The notes: a model not told the origin generated them from the letters alone. A DNA stretch of 64,000 bases from a virus (IMGVR_UViG_3300027917_000019:1-64000); one strand, 5' to 3'. Positions 1-8,921 are shown, counted from the stretch's first letter. Program-made: numbers and translations.

Positions 1-10
1 CAGAGGAGGA

Positions 11-34
11 GGCTGGGGTCGGTTGACCCCAGCC
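11..34 (-). terminator. GC-rich hairpin downstream of the 82-381 gene (possible terminator)
   Basis: GGCTGGGGTC-GGTT-GACCCCAGCC perfect 10-bp stem; no U-tract. The core recurs near 1710. Confidence 0.4.
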
Positions 35-81
35 CCCTACCCTGCCCGCCGGCCGGAGCCGACGGGTGGGGTGTGTAGACC

Positions 82-381
82 CTAGCAGGGGCGCAGGGCT
101 TCGAGGGTGGCCAGGATCTCCCGGGCGCCGTCCACGTCTCCCGCCTCCTCGGCGGCCATGTAGTCCACGAGGAGGCTCTGGATCTCCTTTTCGCTGGCGT
201 TCCGGGCCTTCCGGTAGTTGCGGCGGATGTTGAAGCCGCGCGACTTTCCGGCCGAATCGCCAGCCTTGCGAGCCTGCACACACTCGGGGACGGTTCCGAC
301 GCGATCGGAGGTATCGGAATCGTGGTCAGGGGTCACGGGGGCGAGAACGGCGAGGGAATCGGTCTGGTGAAGTACGGTCAT
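82..381 (-). CDS. hypothetical protein, GC-rich host-like codon usage
   Basis: ATG with AGGAG RBS on the minus strand; much higher GC than the rest of the window. Confidence 0.7.
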   Translation of the reverse strand: MTVLHQTDSLAVLAPVTPDHDSDTSDRVGTVPECVQARKAGDSAGKSRGFNIRRNYRKARNASEKEIQSLLVDYMAAEEAGDVDGAREILATLEALRPC

Positions 382-1135
382 TTTCTCTCTCCTAGTTTCG
401 TGGCGACATTGCCACGGTATTTGATGCGAAAGGTTGGGGCGATTACCTTTCGCGTCAAATACCGGGGCAACCTTGCCAGGGTTGCCTATACCGGTTCGCT
501 ACTCTCACAAAGAAGGTTGACTATTTGCTCTGTGATTTTGCTGTTTCCACTGGGAATGCTGTTAGGCTCATCTCCCGCCGTTACTTTGTCCCTTTGTTTC
601 TTTCCTTTCTTTGGGCTTCCCGTTTTAGGCGTTCAGTGGCAGGGCTTTGTCCGTTTTCACGGTACCCCTAGGATCACAGTGTGATCCCCAACACTTGTTC
701 CATGTATCACGCCTAGGAATGTTTCCCAACATTCCCCGTTGCGACTGCGCTCCCTGTATATTCCTACCTGCTTTTATGTTTGATCGTCGGTCCTACCTTC
801 CGGGGTTATCTAGTAACCCTGCCGGGGCGGTATCGATCCACGTTAGAAAAGCAGGCCAGGGATTCCCTTCCCATAACCCGCGCAGAATGCGTGATTAGAA
901 ACCGTGTTTGATTGTCAATGGAAAAACCCCGACTGCAAACCAGGATACAGGGGCGGCCCGTCCACCTGGCGACCATCGGGGAATCACTGAACAAATGGCC
1001 CCACCGTTTTTTACCACCCTGTCAAAAAACGCCAAGGGGCGCCAGGGTCGCGGGGCCGGCCGGAGCCGGGCTGGCGAGCACCCCTATTCGGGGGCCGGAG
1101 CCACCCCAAACCTCTGCAGCACCCGTGCCAGCGCC

Positions 1136-2587
1136 AAATTCCCTAATGATTTCAAGCACTTACGAGCGGCCCGTAAGTATGCGGAATCATTGAGGAATTT
1201 GGGCATGACCTAAGTATGCGGAATCATTGAGGAATTCGGGAAACTACTGCGCTTTAGTTCAGTGTCTTGTGAACAAAGGTTTACAGAAGGCGTGTGAACA
1301 AAGGTTTACGAGCCAAATTCCCTAATGATTTCAAGGGTTTGCATGACCATACATCCTAAGTATGCGGAATCATTAGGGAATTCGGCCCCATGCGAGCTCG
1401 CGGGCGACAAATTCCCTAATGATTTCAAGGGTTTAGATATATGGTCACGTAAGTATGCGGAATCATTAGGGAATTTTGACCTTACCCTCCGCGCGCCCGC
1501 ATGCGAGAGGGCCGAATTCCCTAATGATTTCAAGGGTTTAGATGTATGGTCACGTAAGTATGCGGAATCATTGGGTTTTTGGCCCTACGCGCGCGTGCGC
1601 GCTCGCCCAGCCGCAGCGAATTCCGTAATGATTTCGGGGGTTTAGATGTATGGTCACGTAAGTATGCGGAATCATTGAGCTTTTCAGCTGGGGTCTAGAG
1701 ACCCCAGGCGGGGTCGGCTGACCCCATATAACTTTGCATGAATTAAGCTAATTCATGGGGACAAGTAGCCCCAGTGAGCTAAGTATGCGGAATCATTGAG
1801 CTTTTTGGTGGAGACTTTTGTACCCACCCGTAAACCCTTGAAATCATTGAGCTTTCGGCAAACACTGCACAAATGTTCAGGAAAACCGCCGGCCCGGGGA
1901 GCTGGCGCCGAATTCCCCAATGATTTCGCATACTGAACAAAATACTGAACAAAACCCTGAACAAGTGTTCAACGCTAAGTATGCGGAATCATTACACTTT
2001 TCGGTTTCAGCGAGCTAAACCCTTGAAATCATTGAGCTTTCGGCGATTGATCCAGATCAACCGCGCCGGCCGGCGTTTTACTGAACCTTTGTTCAGGCTA
2101 ATCCGCTAAGTACTTGAAATCATTGCACTTTTTAAGGGTATACCCCGAAAACCTCAATGATTTCGAGCACTTACCGTAACACTATAATCCAGTGTCACTG
2201 TAACCCCGCCGCGCGGCCGTGACACTGAACACTTGTTCAGTAGGGTGTAAAAATACACTCTCACTGTAACCACGGCGCGCGGCCGAAACCTGGAAAGTCT
2301 GGAATGGCCCTATGTGACCCTATGTGACCCTATGTGACCATACATGCGAGTGACCATACATGCGAGTGACCATACATGGCCCTATGTGGCCCTATGTGAC
2401 AGCCTGTCACACCCTATGAAAAGTTTGCAGAGCAGCCCCGAATTCCGCAGTGATATCAAACACTTACAAGACCCTTTCCCGAATTCCTCAATGATATCAA
2501 GTACTTAGAATTCTGCACAAATACTGGATCTTTGAACATTTGTTCAGGTATATATGGCAACTTTTCTTGAATGATTCCGCATACTTA
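1136..2587. repeat. dispersed inverted/direct repeats TAAGTATGCGGAATCATT and AATGATTTCAAGNNNTTA (IHF-site-like)
   Basis: Exact TAAGTATGCGGAATCATT at 1174, 1211, 1357, 1450, 1555, 1659, 1780, 1976 and reverse at 2570; perfect WATCAANNNNTTR at 2454 and 2495. Confidence 0.9.
2305..2400. repeat. tandem ~10-bp repeats TG(A/G)CC(C/A)TA(TG/CA)
   Basis: TGACCCTATG, TGACCATACA and TGGCCCTATG in tandem. Confidence 0.85.
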
Positions 2588-3155
2588 CATGTATGGCAAT
2601 CTCTAAGGCCCGGAAATGACCCCCCCTGGTACCACCCTACCAGCGACCCCCCGAAACGCCTTAGACGGGCTGCTAGGGCCCTTTACGTGGAAAGTAGTAT
2701 TCTACCCTTGTATTCTACTAGGTGACTAATCTAACCCCTCGAAATCACTACGCTTTTCCCGAAACTGGCCAATCGGCCTAACGAATTCCACAATGATTTC
2801 CTACGCCGCGCCGCGTCAATTCCCTAACCCCGCGATATTACACACTTTTTCGACGTACCCCTCCATAACTACGCGAAATCATTACCCTTTTCCCGATACC
2901 CCTATATGGGGACTATGATCCCAATGTCAGACCATACGGACATCCGTGTCATGCGTGTCAAAAAGTACACGGACATCTATGTCATAGTAACCTACTATTC
3001 ACAGTGTAAACCCTTGTTCACGTATGATCCAAATGTCGTACCATGTATGGTCAAACCACGACATTTATGTCATACCCCCTATATGGGGTGGCTACTGGCA
3101 TAGCCTGTACAAAGGTTCAGAGTATCCATATGGGGACTACCCACCCCGTGCCCGC

Positions 3156-3335
3156 GTGACCATATGTGACCATACATGGCCCTATATGGCCATACCCGCG
3201 CGTGACCATGCGTGACGCTACGTGACCATACGTGGCCATGCCCCTATGTGACCATACATGGCCCTACGCGCGCCCCTGGGGGCTGCCCTACGTGACCCTA
3301 TGTGCCGTGACCATACATGTAGTGTATGGTCACAG
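3156..3335. repeat. second cluster of TG(A/G)CC(A/C)TA decamer repeats
   Basis: Repeated GTGACCATA, TGGCCCTA and GTGACCCTA interspersed with CGCG. Confidence 0.8.
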
Positions 3336-3490
3336 GCGGCCGGCCAGGGGCACTGAACGGGCGTGCAGTGTGGCCCCACGGCACACCCCCAAATAGGGTG
3401 TATCCAATAGGCCACACTGAACAAGCACGCAGGGGGTTTCCTTACGTAGTAGGCGCCTAACAGGTAACCATCTGAGCCTCTATACCTTTT

Positions 3491-3724
3491 TCAGAAAATT
3501 AATTCAGAATTTTCGTAGAAAAGGTTCAACTCTATATTGAAGAGGTAGTAGACCAGAATCCTGATAACACCCCTCTCATAGTTCGAAAGACACCCGTTGA
3601 GACTCACTAGCTGGTCAGCCTCTACTACTAGCTGTCTTTGAAGGTCATCTACGTTCAGGAGCAGACGACCATCGCAGCTATCTTGACCAAGCCAACCTTC
3701 ACAGTAGTATTCGTATTCAGTCAT
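3491..3724 (-). CDS. small paralog-array protein (LVVE family)
   Basis: QLVVE..NYERGV..YYLFN signature. Confidence 0.85.
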   Translation of the reverse strand: MTEYEYYCEGWLGQDSCDGRLLLNVDDLQRQLVVEADQLVSLNGCLSNYERGVIRILVYYLFNIELNLFYENSELIF

Positions 3725-3915
3725 TAGTGTCCACAGTCGACATCAAAGAGATAATCAATCAGAAATCGTAGAGCACTCCTTTCGTAGTTCTCACGATGCC
3801 GTTTATAGAATGCTACTTGAAAAGCCTCTACGACTAGCTGCTTTTCAAGAGTCTCGTACAGGTATCGCAGCTCATACCTCACGTAGCTTTCACAAAAGTA
3901 TTCGTAGTCACTCAT
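3724..3915 (-). CDS. small paralog-array protein (LVVE family)
   Basis: QLVVE..NYERS..DYLFD. Confidence 0.85.
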   Translation of the reverse strand: MSDYEYFCESYVRYELRYLYETLEKQLVVEAFQVAFYKRHRENYERSALRFLIDYLFDVDCGH

Positions 3916-4107
3916 TTAGATTCCGCAATCTATATCGAAGAGGTAGCGGATCAGAATCCGGATGACGTTTCTTTCAAAGTATCTGTGATACCTTTTAAGC
4001 GTGATCAGCTGCGAAGGCTCTATTACTAGTTTGTTTTGTAGGACTGGTATTAGGCGCTGAAGTGTGTAATCTGACCAAACTGCACAAAGGCGTTCATATT
4101 CAGTCAT
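3916..4107 (-). CDS. small paralog-array protein (LVVE family)
   Basis: KLVIE..YFERNV..RYLFD. Confidence 0.85.
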   Translation of the reverse strand: MTEYERLCAVWSDYTLQRLIPVLQNKLVIEPSQLITLKRYHRYFERNVIRILIRYLFDIDCGI

Positions 4108-4321
4108 GGTTCACTTCGACGGGGACGGGATAGTACTTTGGGAGTGTGGTATCGAAGAGATATTGAACTATGAGCCAGACGACGTTTCTCTCGTAACACT
4201 CAAGACCAAACTGAAAACGCATTAGCTGATCTTTCTCTATGACTAGTTGATTCTCGTTTTCAACTAATTCGTACTCTACCCAGTGTGCGCAGTAGAACTC
4301 GTAGTCAGTTTCCCATTTCAT
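4100..4321 (-). CDS. small paralog-array protein (LVVE family)
   Basis: QLVIE..CYERNV..QYLFD. Confidence 0.85.
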   Translation of the reverse strand: MKWETDYEFYCAHWVEYELVENENQLVIEKDQLMRFQFGLECYERNVVWLIVQYLFDTTLPKYYPVPVEVNHD

Positions 4322-4342
4322 AGGACTCCTAAACGGGGTGGT

Positions 4343-4573
4343 TCATCCTCGATACTCATACCAGTCGCGTGCGCCCGTAGCTGATACTTTCACGTCCCAG
4401 AAGAATAGAACTAGGATATATATGACGTGAATCTCCCAGGACCTGATATCAGCGTAAAGCCTTCTTCGTTCTAGACCTTCTTCTAGGACTAGATTGTCCT
4501 TGAGAGCTTCTAGGTCTTGTTCTATCCAGTTTTCGTAGTAGGACTTATATTCGTAGTACTTATATTTAGACAT
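4343..4573 (-). CDS. small paralog-array protein (LVVE family)
   Basis: NLVLE..SWEIHV..FFWD. Confidence 0.85.
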   Translation of the reverse strand: MSKYKYYEYKSYYENWIEQDLEALKDNLVLEEGLERRRLYADIRSWEIHVIYILVLFFWDVKVSATGARDWYEYRG

Positions 4574-4584
4574 AGATTACGACA

Positions 4585-4797
4585 TCAGCGTTGGCTTAAG
4601 TAGTCTGGGACGTTGAAAGCGCCGTATGCGTTGACGTCCCAGAGGTACATAACTAAGAGCCATATAACACCTCTCTCAAAGTTCCCGACGTTACTTACAA
4701 GCCATGCTACTTGATTAGCCTCTACAACTAGTTGGCCTTCAATGGCATTAAGAGGGTGGTTTACCCAACCTTCGCAGTGGTACTCGTATTCAGTCAT
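4585..4797 (-). CDS. small paralog-array protein (LVVE family)
   Basis: QLVVE..NFERGV..YLWD. Confidence 0.85.
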   Translation of the reverse strand: MTEYEYHCEGWVNHPLNAIEGQLVVEANQVAWLVSNVGNFERGVIWLLVMYLWDVNAYGAFNVPDYLSQR

Positions 4798-5008
4798 TCT
4801 GATGATATTTCCAGTATTCGTCCAAAGTAACGTCTATATTTGCATTAAAGAGGTAGTAGATTAGAACGAGGAGTACGTGGAGTTCAAAGTTGTTAATATC
4901 ACTCGTAAGGAGTGCCCATTGACCAGGCTCTATTACTAGCTGTTTTTCAACGACTCTTACGTCGTCTCGTATCCAGCGTTGGTAATAAGGTTTGTATGTT
5001 AACGTCAT
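4790..5008 (-). CDS. small paralog-array protein (LVVE family)
   Basis: QLVIE..NFELHV..YYLFN. Confidence 0.85.
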   Translation of the reverse strand: MTLTYKPYYQRWIRDDVRVVEKQLVIEPGQWALLTSDINNFELHVLLVLIYYLFNANIDVTLDEYWKYHQND

Positions 5009-5232
5009 GGTATGTTGTTCAAGAACTGGTCTTCAGTGTAGTCTGAAATGTATTCAGCAACTGTAATATCGAAGAGGTAAGAAAACAGACAGTAGAGGAC
5101 TTGGCGTTCAAAACACCTAATATCATGCCGGAGATCCGCTAGGTCGTCGTGCTCTATTACTAGACCACATTTGATTATATCTAAGTGGTTTTCTATCCAG
5201 CGTTGATGGTAAGATTTGTATGTTAGTGACAC
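5005..5232 (-). CDS. small paralog-array protein (LVVE family)
   Basis: GLVIE..CFERQV..SYLFD. Confidence 0.85.
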   Translation of the reverse strand: MSLTYKSYHQRWIENHLDIIKCGLVIEHDDLADLRHDIRCFERQVLYCLFSYLFDITVAEYISDYTEDQFLNNIP

Positions 5233-5233
5233 A

Positions 5234-5428
5234 CTACTTCCAAAGATCTAGGTCTATATCAAAGAGAAACCGAACAACTGTAAATAGGGAATGTTTTTCA
5301 AAGTGTTTCTTATAGGATTTGATTACGGCCAACTCCACGGCTTCTACTACTAATTCATCGGCAGCACTCCATACATACCTTTGTAAGAAGGCGAGGTAGT
5401 CTTTGTTGTAGCTGTAACGAATTATCAT
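5234..5428 (-). CDS. small paralog-array protein (LVVE family)
   Basis: ELVVE..HFEKHS..RFLFD. Confidence 0.85.
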   Translation of the reverse strand: MIIRYSYNKDYLAFLQRYVWSAADELVVEAVELAVIKSYKKHFEKHSLFTVVRFLFDIDLDLWK

Positions 5429-5443
5429 ACAGTATCTCCAGAC

Positions 5444-5635
5444 TTATATAGCCGTATCGAAGAGATACCAAACAAGACAAAACAAGGTATATGCTTCATA
5501 GTTTTTCTTGTAGTACTTAATTGTAGTCAACAAGTCTGTTTCTATCACCAAACTGTTAGAAGCTAAAGCTGTTTCTACAAGCTCCTGTAATTGGTCCTGA
5601 TAATAAGAGCTGTACCTAATCGCGTTATCGTACAT
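5444..5635 (-). CDS. small paralog-array protein (LVVE family)
   Basis: SLVIE..NYEAYT..WYLFD. Confidence 0.85.
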   Translation of the reverse strand: MYDNAIRYSSYYQDQLQELVETALASNSLVIETDLLTTIKYYKKNYEAYTLFCLVWYLFDTAI

Positions 5636-5677
5636 GTCTAAGGCGCCTAAAGGATTGGAATTTAATCGGCATGAGTA

Positions 5678-5863
5678 CTATTCTCGTAGAAAACACAAAA
5701 AGTTGACGAAAAGTCGCACGATAGCTTCGTTACGAAGAGATAGTTCTTGTTTGATCCGAGACAATGCTTCTTCCTCTATGACTAGGCGCCCCTGGATCTC
5801 CCTTACGGAGCTTTTAAGCCACCACTCGTAATAGTTGTAAGAAAAACTACGTAGACCAGCCAT
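5678..5863 (-). CDS. small paralog-array protein (LVVE family)
   Basis: WWL..RLVIE..hydrophobic C-terminal helix. Confidence 0.8.
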   Translation of the reverse strand: MAGLRSFSYNYYEWWLKSSVREIQGRLVIEEEALSRIKQELSLRNEAIVRLFVNFLCFLRE

Positions 5864-5868
5864 ATCTT

Positions 5869-6093
5869 TCAGATTCGAATTCGAATTCGATTATCAAACA
5901 AAAACAATACGAGGACTTGTATAACGTGCTGACTAAGCCAACGTTGATATGTTTCGAGGTTGTCCAATTGCTGTTCTTCTACTACCAATCCAGGAGATAC
6001 TATTTCAATCTCCATTTTTAACCACCTCTGGTAAACAGGGTCATACTGAAGGGGGAGTATTGAGGACCGCATGCGCTCCAACATGTTGTTCAT
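5869..6093 (-). CDS. small paralog-array protein (LVVE family)
   Basis: YQRWL..GLVVE..LFLFD. Confidence 0.85.
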   Translation of the reverse strand: MNNMLERMRSSILPLQYDPVYQRWLKMEIEIVSPGLVVEEQQLDNLETYQRWLSQHVIQVLVLFLFDNRIRIRI

Positions 6094-6290
6094 TCGAACC
6101 CCGCAGGAAAGTATATGTGTTCACCAAAACAGAAGGAGAATACAACCCCAACTACGTGAATTTCATACCAATCTTTGCAGCTGTAGATACTATCTAATTG
6201 CTGTTCTTCTATTACCAACTGCGTAGAAGCTTGGTCGAGGTGCGCTGCTAGTACTCTTTTGTAGACACGCATGTTGGAAAGATAGTCCAT
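6090..6290 (-). CDS. small paralog-array protein (LVVE family)
   Basis: QLVIE..WYEIHV..FCFG; start moved to MDYLSN. Confidence 0.8.
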   Translation of the reverse strand: MDYLSNMRVYKRVLAAHLDQASTQLVIEEQQLDSIYSCKDWYEIHVVGVVFSFCFGEHIYFPAGFE

Positions 6291-6291
6291 A

Positions 6292-6510
6292 TTACCAGTC
6301 TGCTCCATAAGGCAGTTCACAACCAAAGAGAATGGCAACTACTTTCTTGATGTAAGCTTTTTCCAAATCACAACGCAACCCTACCAACATCCTTACCGTC
6401 GCATCTTCTACAACCAGCTGATATGAACATTCTTCAATGATGCTCTCAATACTCCTTTCAAGAATATTGTTATACCAACGTATTTGGTCAATGTCTACCG
6501 TGCCCATCAT
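6292..6510 (-). CDS. small paralog-array protein (LVVE family)
   Basis: QLVVE..DLEKAY..ILFG. Confidence 0.8.
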   Translation of the reverse strand: MMGTVDIDQIRWYNNILERSIESIIEECSYQLVVEDATVRMLVGLRCDLEKAYIKKVVAILFGCELPYGADW

Positions 6511-6755
6511 AGCCACCAAGGATGGCCAGTAAAGTCTATGTTAGTATCGTTGAATAGGTATCGGAACAACATCATTACCAAAAGCCCATTTACATGCATA
6601 AGTGCCGATTGTATGTCAACAAGGTCTTTTTCTTCTACTGCTAGATAATCTTCTACCCTCTGCATTAGAAGGTTAAGATTCTCGACCTCTGTCTCCATTC
6701 GATACTGAATGATGCATACATCTATGTAAAAAGTAGCGTTGTTGTAGTCACTCAT
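6507..6755 (-). CDS. small paralog-array protein (LVVE family)
   Basis: YLAVE..RYLFND. Confidence 0.8.
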   Translation of the reverse strand: MSDYNNATFYIDVCIIQYRMETEVENLNLLMQRVEDYLAVEEKDLVDIQSALMHVNGLLVMMLFRYLFNDTNIDFTGHPWWL

Positions 6756-6764
6756 ACTTCTCAA

Positions 6765-6944
6765 CTAAGGGCAAGTATCAAAGAGGTAGTAAATCAGAAC
6801 GCGAATGATATGTTTTTCAAAATTCTCTTTCTCTCTTTCAATAATCCTCAAAAGCCTCTTTTCTACTACCAGTGAGTCTTTGACTGCCTGCACGTCCTGA
6901 TTTAGCCAGTACTGATAGTGTGGGGAATATACCTCGTATTTCAT
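6765..6944 (-). CDS. small paralog-array protein (LVVE family), absent from the ORF track (59 aa)
   Basis: Hand translation MKYEVYSPHYQYWLNQDVQAVKDSLVVEKRLLRIIEREKENFEKHIIRVLIYYLFDTCP. Confidence 0.85.
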   Translation of the reverse strand: MKYEVYSPHYQYWLNQDVQAVKDSLVVEKRLLRIIEREKENFEKHIIRVLIYYLFDTCP

Positions 6945-7153
6945 GAGTTTTCATCCAAGGTGCACAGGAAGTCTGCAACGCTCTGCACCCACCACTCCAT
7001 AGCGTGCTTGTGGAGGTTTCTGAGGCGTCTAACATCGGGTTGCTCTAGGACCAGCTGCTGACCGTTTAGGAGGCGGTGCGTGGCTTTTAGGGCCCTTGTT
7101 TCGTGAACTAGAGCCCACCGCACTGCAGTGCTGGCTGGGTCATAATCAGTCAT
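6941..7153 (-). CDS. small paralog-array protein (LVVE family)
   Basis: QLVLE..AMEWWV..DFL. Confidence 0.8.
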   Translation of the reverse strand: MTDYDPASTAVRWALVHETRALKATHRLLNGQQLVLEQPDVRRLRNLHKHAMEWWVQSVADFLCTLDENS

Positions 7154-7340
7154 TTAGTATTTTCTCAAGAAATTCAACAAAGATATATACCCACTCAGTA
7201 GCAATTGTTTCTCTACAATCCTCTATAAATTTCACTTGGCCCTGTTCCACGACAAGCACTGCTTTGAGTAGCACATGCCAGGTCTCTATTATCACTTGAT
7301 AACTGTGTATGATTTGTTTTCGTCGTGAGGAATAGTACAT
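7146..7340 (-). CDS. small paralog-array protein (LVVE family)
   Basis: VLVVE..EWV..EFL. Confidence 0.8.
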   Translation of the reverse strand: MYYSSRRKQIIHSYQVIIETWHVLLKAVLVVEQGQVKFIEDCRETIATEWVYIFVEFLEKILND

Positions 7341-7573
7341 TACTCTTCTCTAAGGTACTCAAGAACTCCTTGAAAAAGCGCAACCCATCCACGATTTATT
7401 AGTTCTTTATTAAACCGTAGGTCATTTATGTCAAGATGCTCAAGCGTCAATCGCCTACCGTTTTTTAACCTAGAAATATACTGAACGAGTTGGTCTTCTC
7501 TATCCGTCACCCAGTCAACGTTTCCAAACACAGGATGACCTCGATATACACCAATCTGTCGAAGTGTGCCCAC
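7340..7573 (-). CDS. small paralog-array protein (LVVE family, divergent)
   Basis: RLTLE..GWV..EYL. Confidence 0.75.
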   Translation of the reverse strand: MGTLRQIGVYRGHPVFGNVDWVTDREDQLVQYISRLKNGRRLTLEHLDINDLRFNKELINRGWVALFQGVLEYLREE

Positions 7574-7646
7574 AGCAATACCATAAGGCCGAATTGGGTA
7601 AGTGCAATCCCAATTCGGCCCTTACATATACCCTCATAGGTATAGG

Positions 7647-7892
7647 CTACAGAAACAACCACTTAAGTAGATAGTACACTACTTGTTGTTCACCGAGTTT
7701 CGCATGTTCTGTACAAACACCTAGTGTTTCTAAATCAACATGCTCTGCAACCAGCTTATCATCGTAAGCTTCTACTCGCTCTTTAAGCGTAAGCTTCCTA
7801 GCACGCCAGGTAGTAATCCAGTATGACAACGAGTCGTCGAGCAGCGCATGGAGAATGGTTTGGCCATGCTTAGTGACGATAACCTTACTCAT
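7647..7892 (-). CDS. small paralog-array protein (LVVE family)
   Basis: KLVAE..LGEQQV..KWLF. Confidence 0.8.
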   Translation of the reverse strand: MSKVIVTKHGQTILHALLDDSLSYWITTWRARKLTLKERVEAYDDKLVAEHVDLETLGVCTEHAKLGEQQVVYYLLKWLFL

Positions 7893-8097
7893 CTAAGCTC
7901 CACTCTAATATTTCCTGCAGCGCATATATCCACCGCTGATTAATGCACTCTTTTCCGTTCTCAAGCACCAAAAGATCATAGCCTTCTGTAACAAGCTGAT
8001 TTTCTACACGCACTACATTATCATGTAAATCTTGTGTGTAGTTAAGGGCCCATCGGGTCCAATAGCTTATCCATGCTAATCTAGGTTCCCTTTTCAC
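7885..8097 (-). CDS. small paralog-array protein (LVVE family)
   Basis: QLVTE..RWI..EWSL. Confidence 0.8.
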   Translation of the reverse strand: MKREPRLAWISYWTRWALNYTQDLHDNVVRVENQLVTEGYDLLVLENGKECINQRWIYALQEILEWSLDE

Positions 8098-8179
8098 GAA
8101 AACTAACCATAGCTAAGCCAAGTCCCCAGAACAACTAGAGAAACAAACAAAACAGCATTCAGGTAGTATTCTACTGGAT

Positions 8180-8401
8180 TCATAGCTTGGTAGAAAGCCT
8201 GCGATTGATATTCAGTGCAACAATACCCTCCAACACTGCAACAGTCGCAGACTCATATTCCTCATGAACCTGATAGTTCGTCTTGTCATCGATAGCTACA
8301 AGACCAATCTTCCCGTTTTCCTTCTCGATGATGTGTAGTGTGAAACTAGAAAGTGTTTGGTCTTCGCGCTTCTCTTCAGACTTTGTCATAGTAGATTCCA
8401 T
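8180..8401 (-). CDS. hypothetical protein
   Basis: ORF co-oriented with and overlapping its upstream neighbour. Confidence 0.7.
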   Translation of the reverse strand: MESTMTKSEEKREDQTLSSFTLHIIEKENGKIGLVAIDDKTNYQVHEEYESATVAVLEGIVALNINRRLSTKL

Positions 8402-8595
8402 TCTCCGGCCTCCTCGTCGATGTATGGTCTAGTGTCCTTTGGAGGGACTTGAACCCATTTATATCCAAGCGCCGTTTTTTCAGTCTTGTGGTACGTAATA
8501 TTGAAAGTACTGGTGTTATAGTGATCAGGATTTCCCCAAGCTGCCGCGCTGTAATCAACACCGCCAATATAAAGGTCACTCACAACAAGCTCCAC
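8386..8595 (-). CDS. hypothetical protein with C-terminal EEAGEWNLL tail
   Basis: ORF; C-terminal motif shared with four other proteins. Confidence 0.75.
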   Translation of the reverse strand: MELVVSDLYIGGVDYSAAAWGNPDHYNTSTFNITYHKTEKTALGYKWVQVPPKDTRPYIDEEAGEWNLL

Positions 8596-8921
8596 TCTCC
8601 CTCTTCACTAGGGTCGTACAATTCAAGCTCTGTCAGGTCTACAAACGTAATAACCCCACGAGCTTCTACATTTACCCCAAAGTAGTTGCTGTCCACAGTA
8701 TATCCAGATCCATGGTCAGATACAGACGCTGTGTGCTTCTTAGCAACCAAGCGCTCTTCAGATTTCGTCCCATCCGGCCAGCGAACTTTTACTATCTGCC
8801 CCGCAATCAAGGTGATACCACGAGAACGAGACGCAGTACCTGCAGTTGATAGGCCCTCGCCGCTATAGGCGTAATAGATGTAGCCCCAATCATCGAACCT
8901 TTCAATCTTCCTATAACTCAC
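8580..8921 (-). CDS. hypothetical protein with C-terminal EEGEWSLL tail
   Basis: ORF; shared C-terminal motif. Confidence 0.8.
   Translation of the reverse strand: MSYRKIERFDDWGYIYYAYSGEGLSTAGTASRSRGITLIAGQIVKVRWPDGTKSEERLVAKKHTASVSDHGSGYTVDSNYFGVNVEARGVITFVDLTELELYDPSEEGEWSLL

Larger units (their letters stand above)
1865..3368. promoter_or_regulatory. cluster of CTG(A/C)AC-N4-GTTCAG palindromes (LexA/SOS-box-like)
   Basis: Copies at 1865, 1957, 2081, 2225, 2532, 3105, 3353; resembles GAAC-N4-GTTC and Myxococcus CTRHAMRYBYGTTCAGS boxes. Confidence 0.55.

Noticed and set aside
1315-1680. CRISPR array (regular repeats with variable spacers)
   Set aside because: Repeats are about 68 bp and degenerate, occur in both orientations and as solo half-sites; the linkers are similar GC-rich tracts; no cas genes are visible.
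2396-2410. matS-like site GTGACAGCCTGTCAC
   Set aside because: Spacing is 2 bp longer than GTGACRNYGTCAC and it is a single copy arising from the decamer repeats.
322-3424. ORF-track ORFs across the left non-coding region
   Set aside because: They are translations of DNA repeats (KFPNDF, KYAESL), overlap on both strands and lack RBS or protein-like features.
3491-8097. Diversity-generating retroelement or integron cassette array explaining the paralog array
   Set aside because: No reverse transcriptase or integrase, no template/variable repeat pair, and no attC-like spacers (genes abut or overlap).
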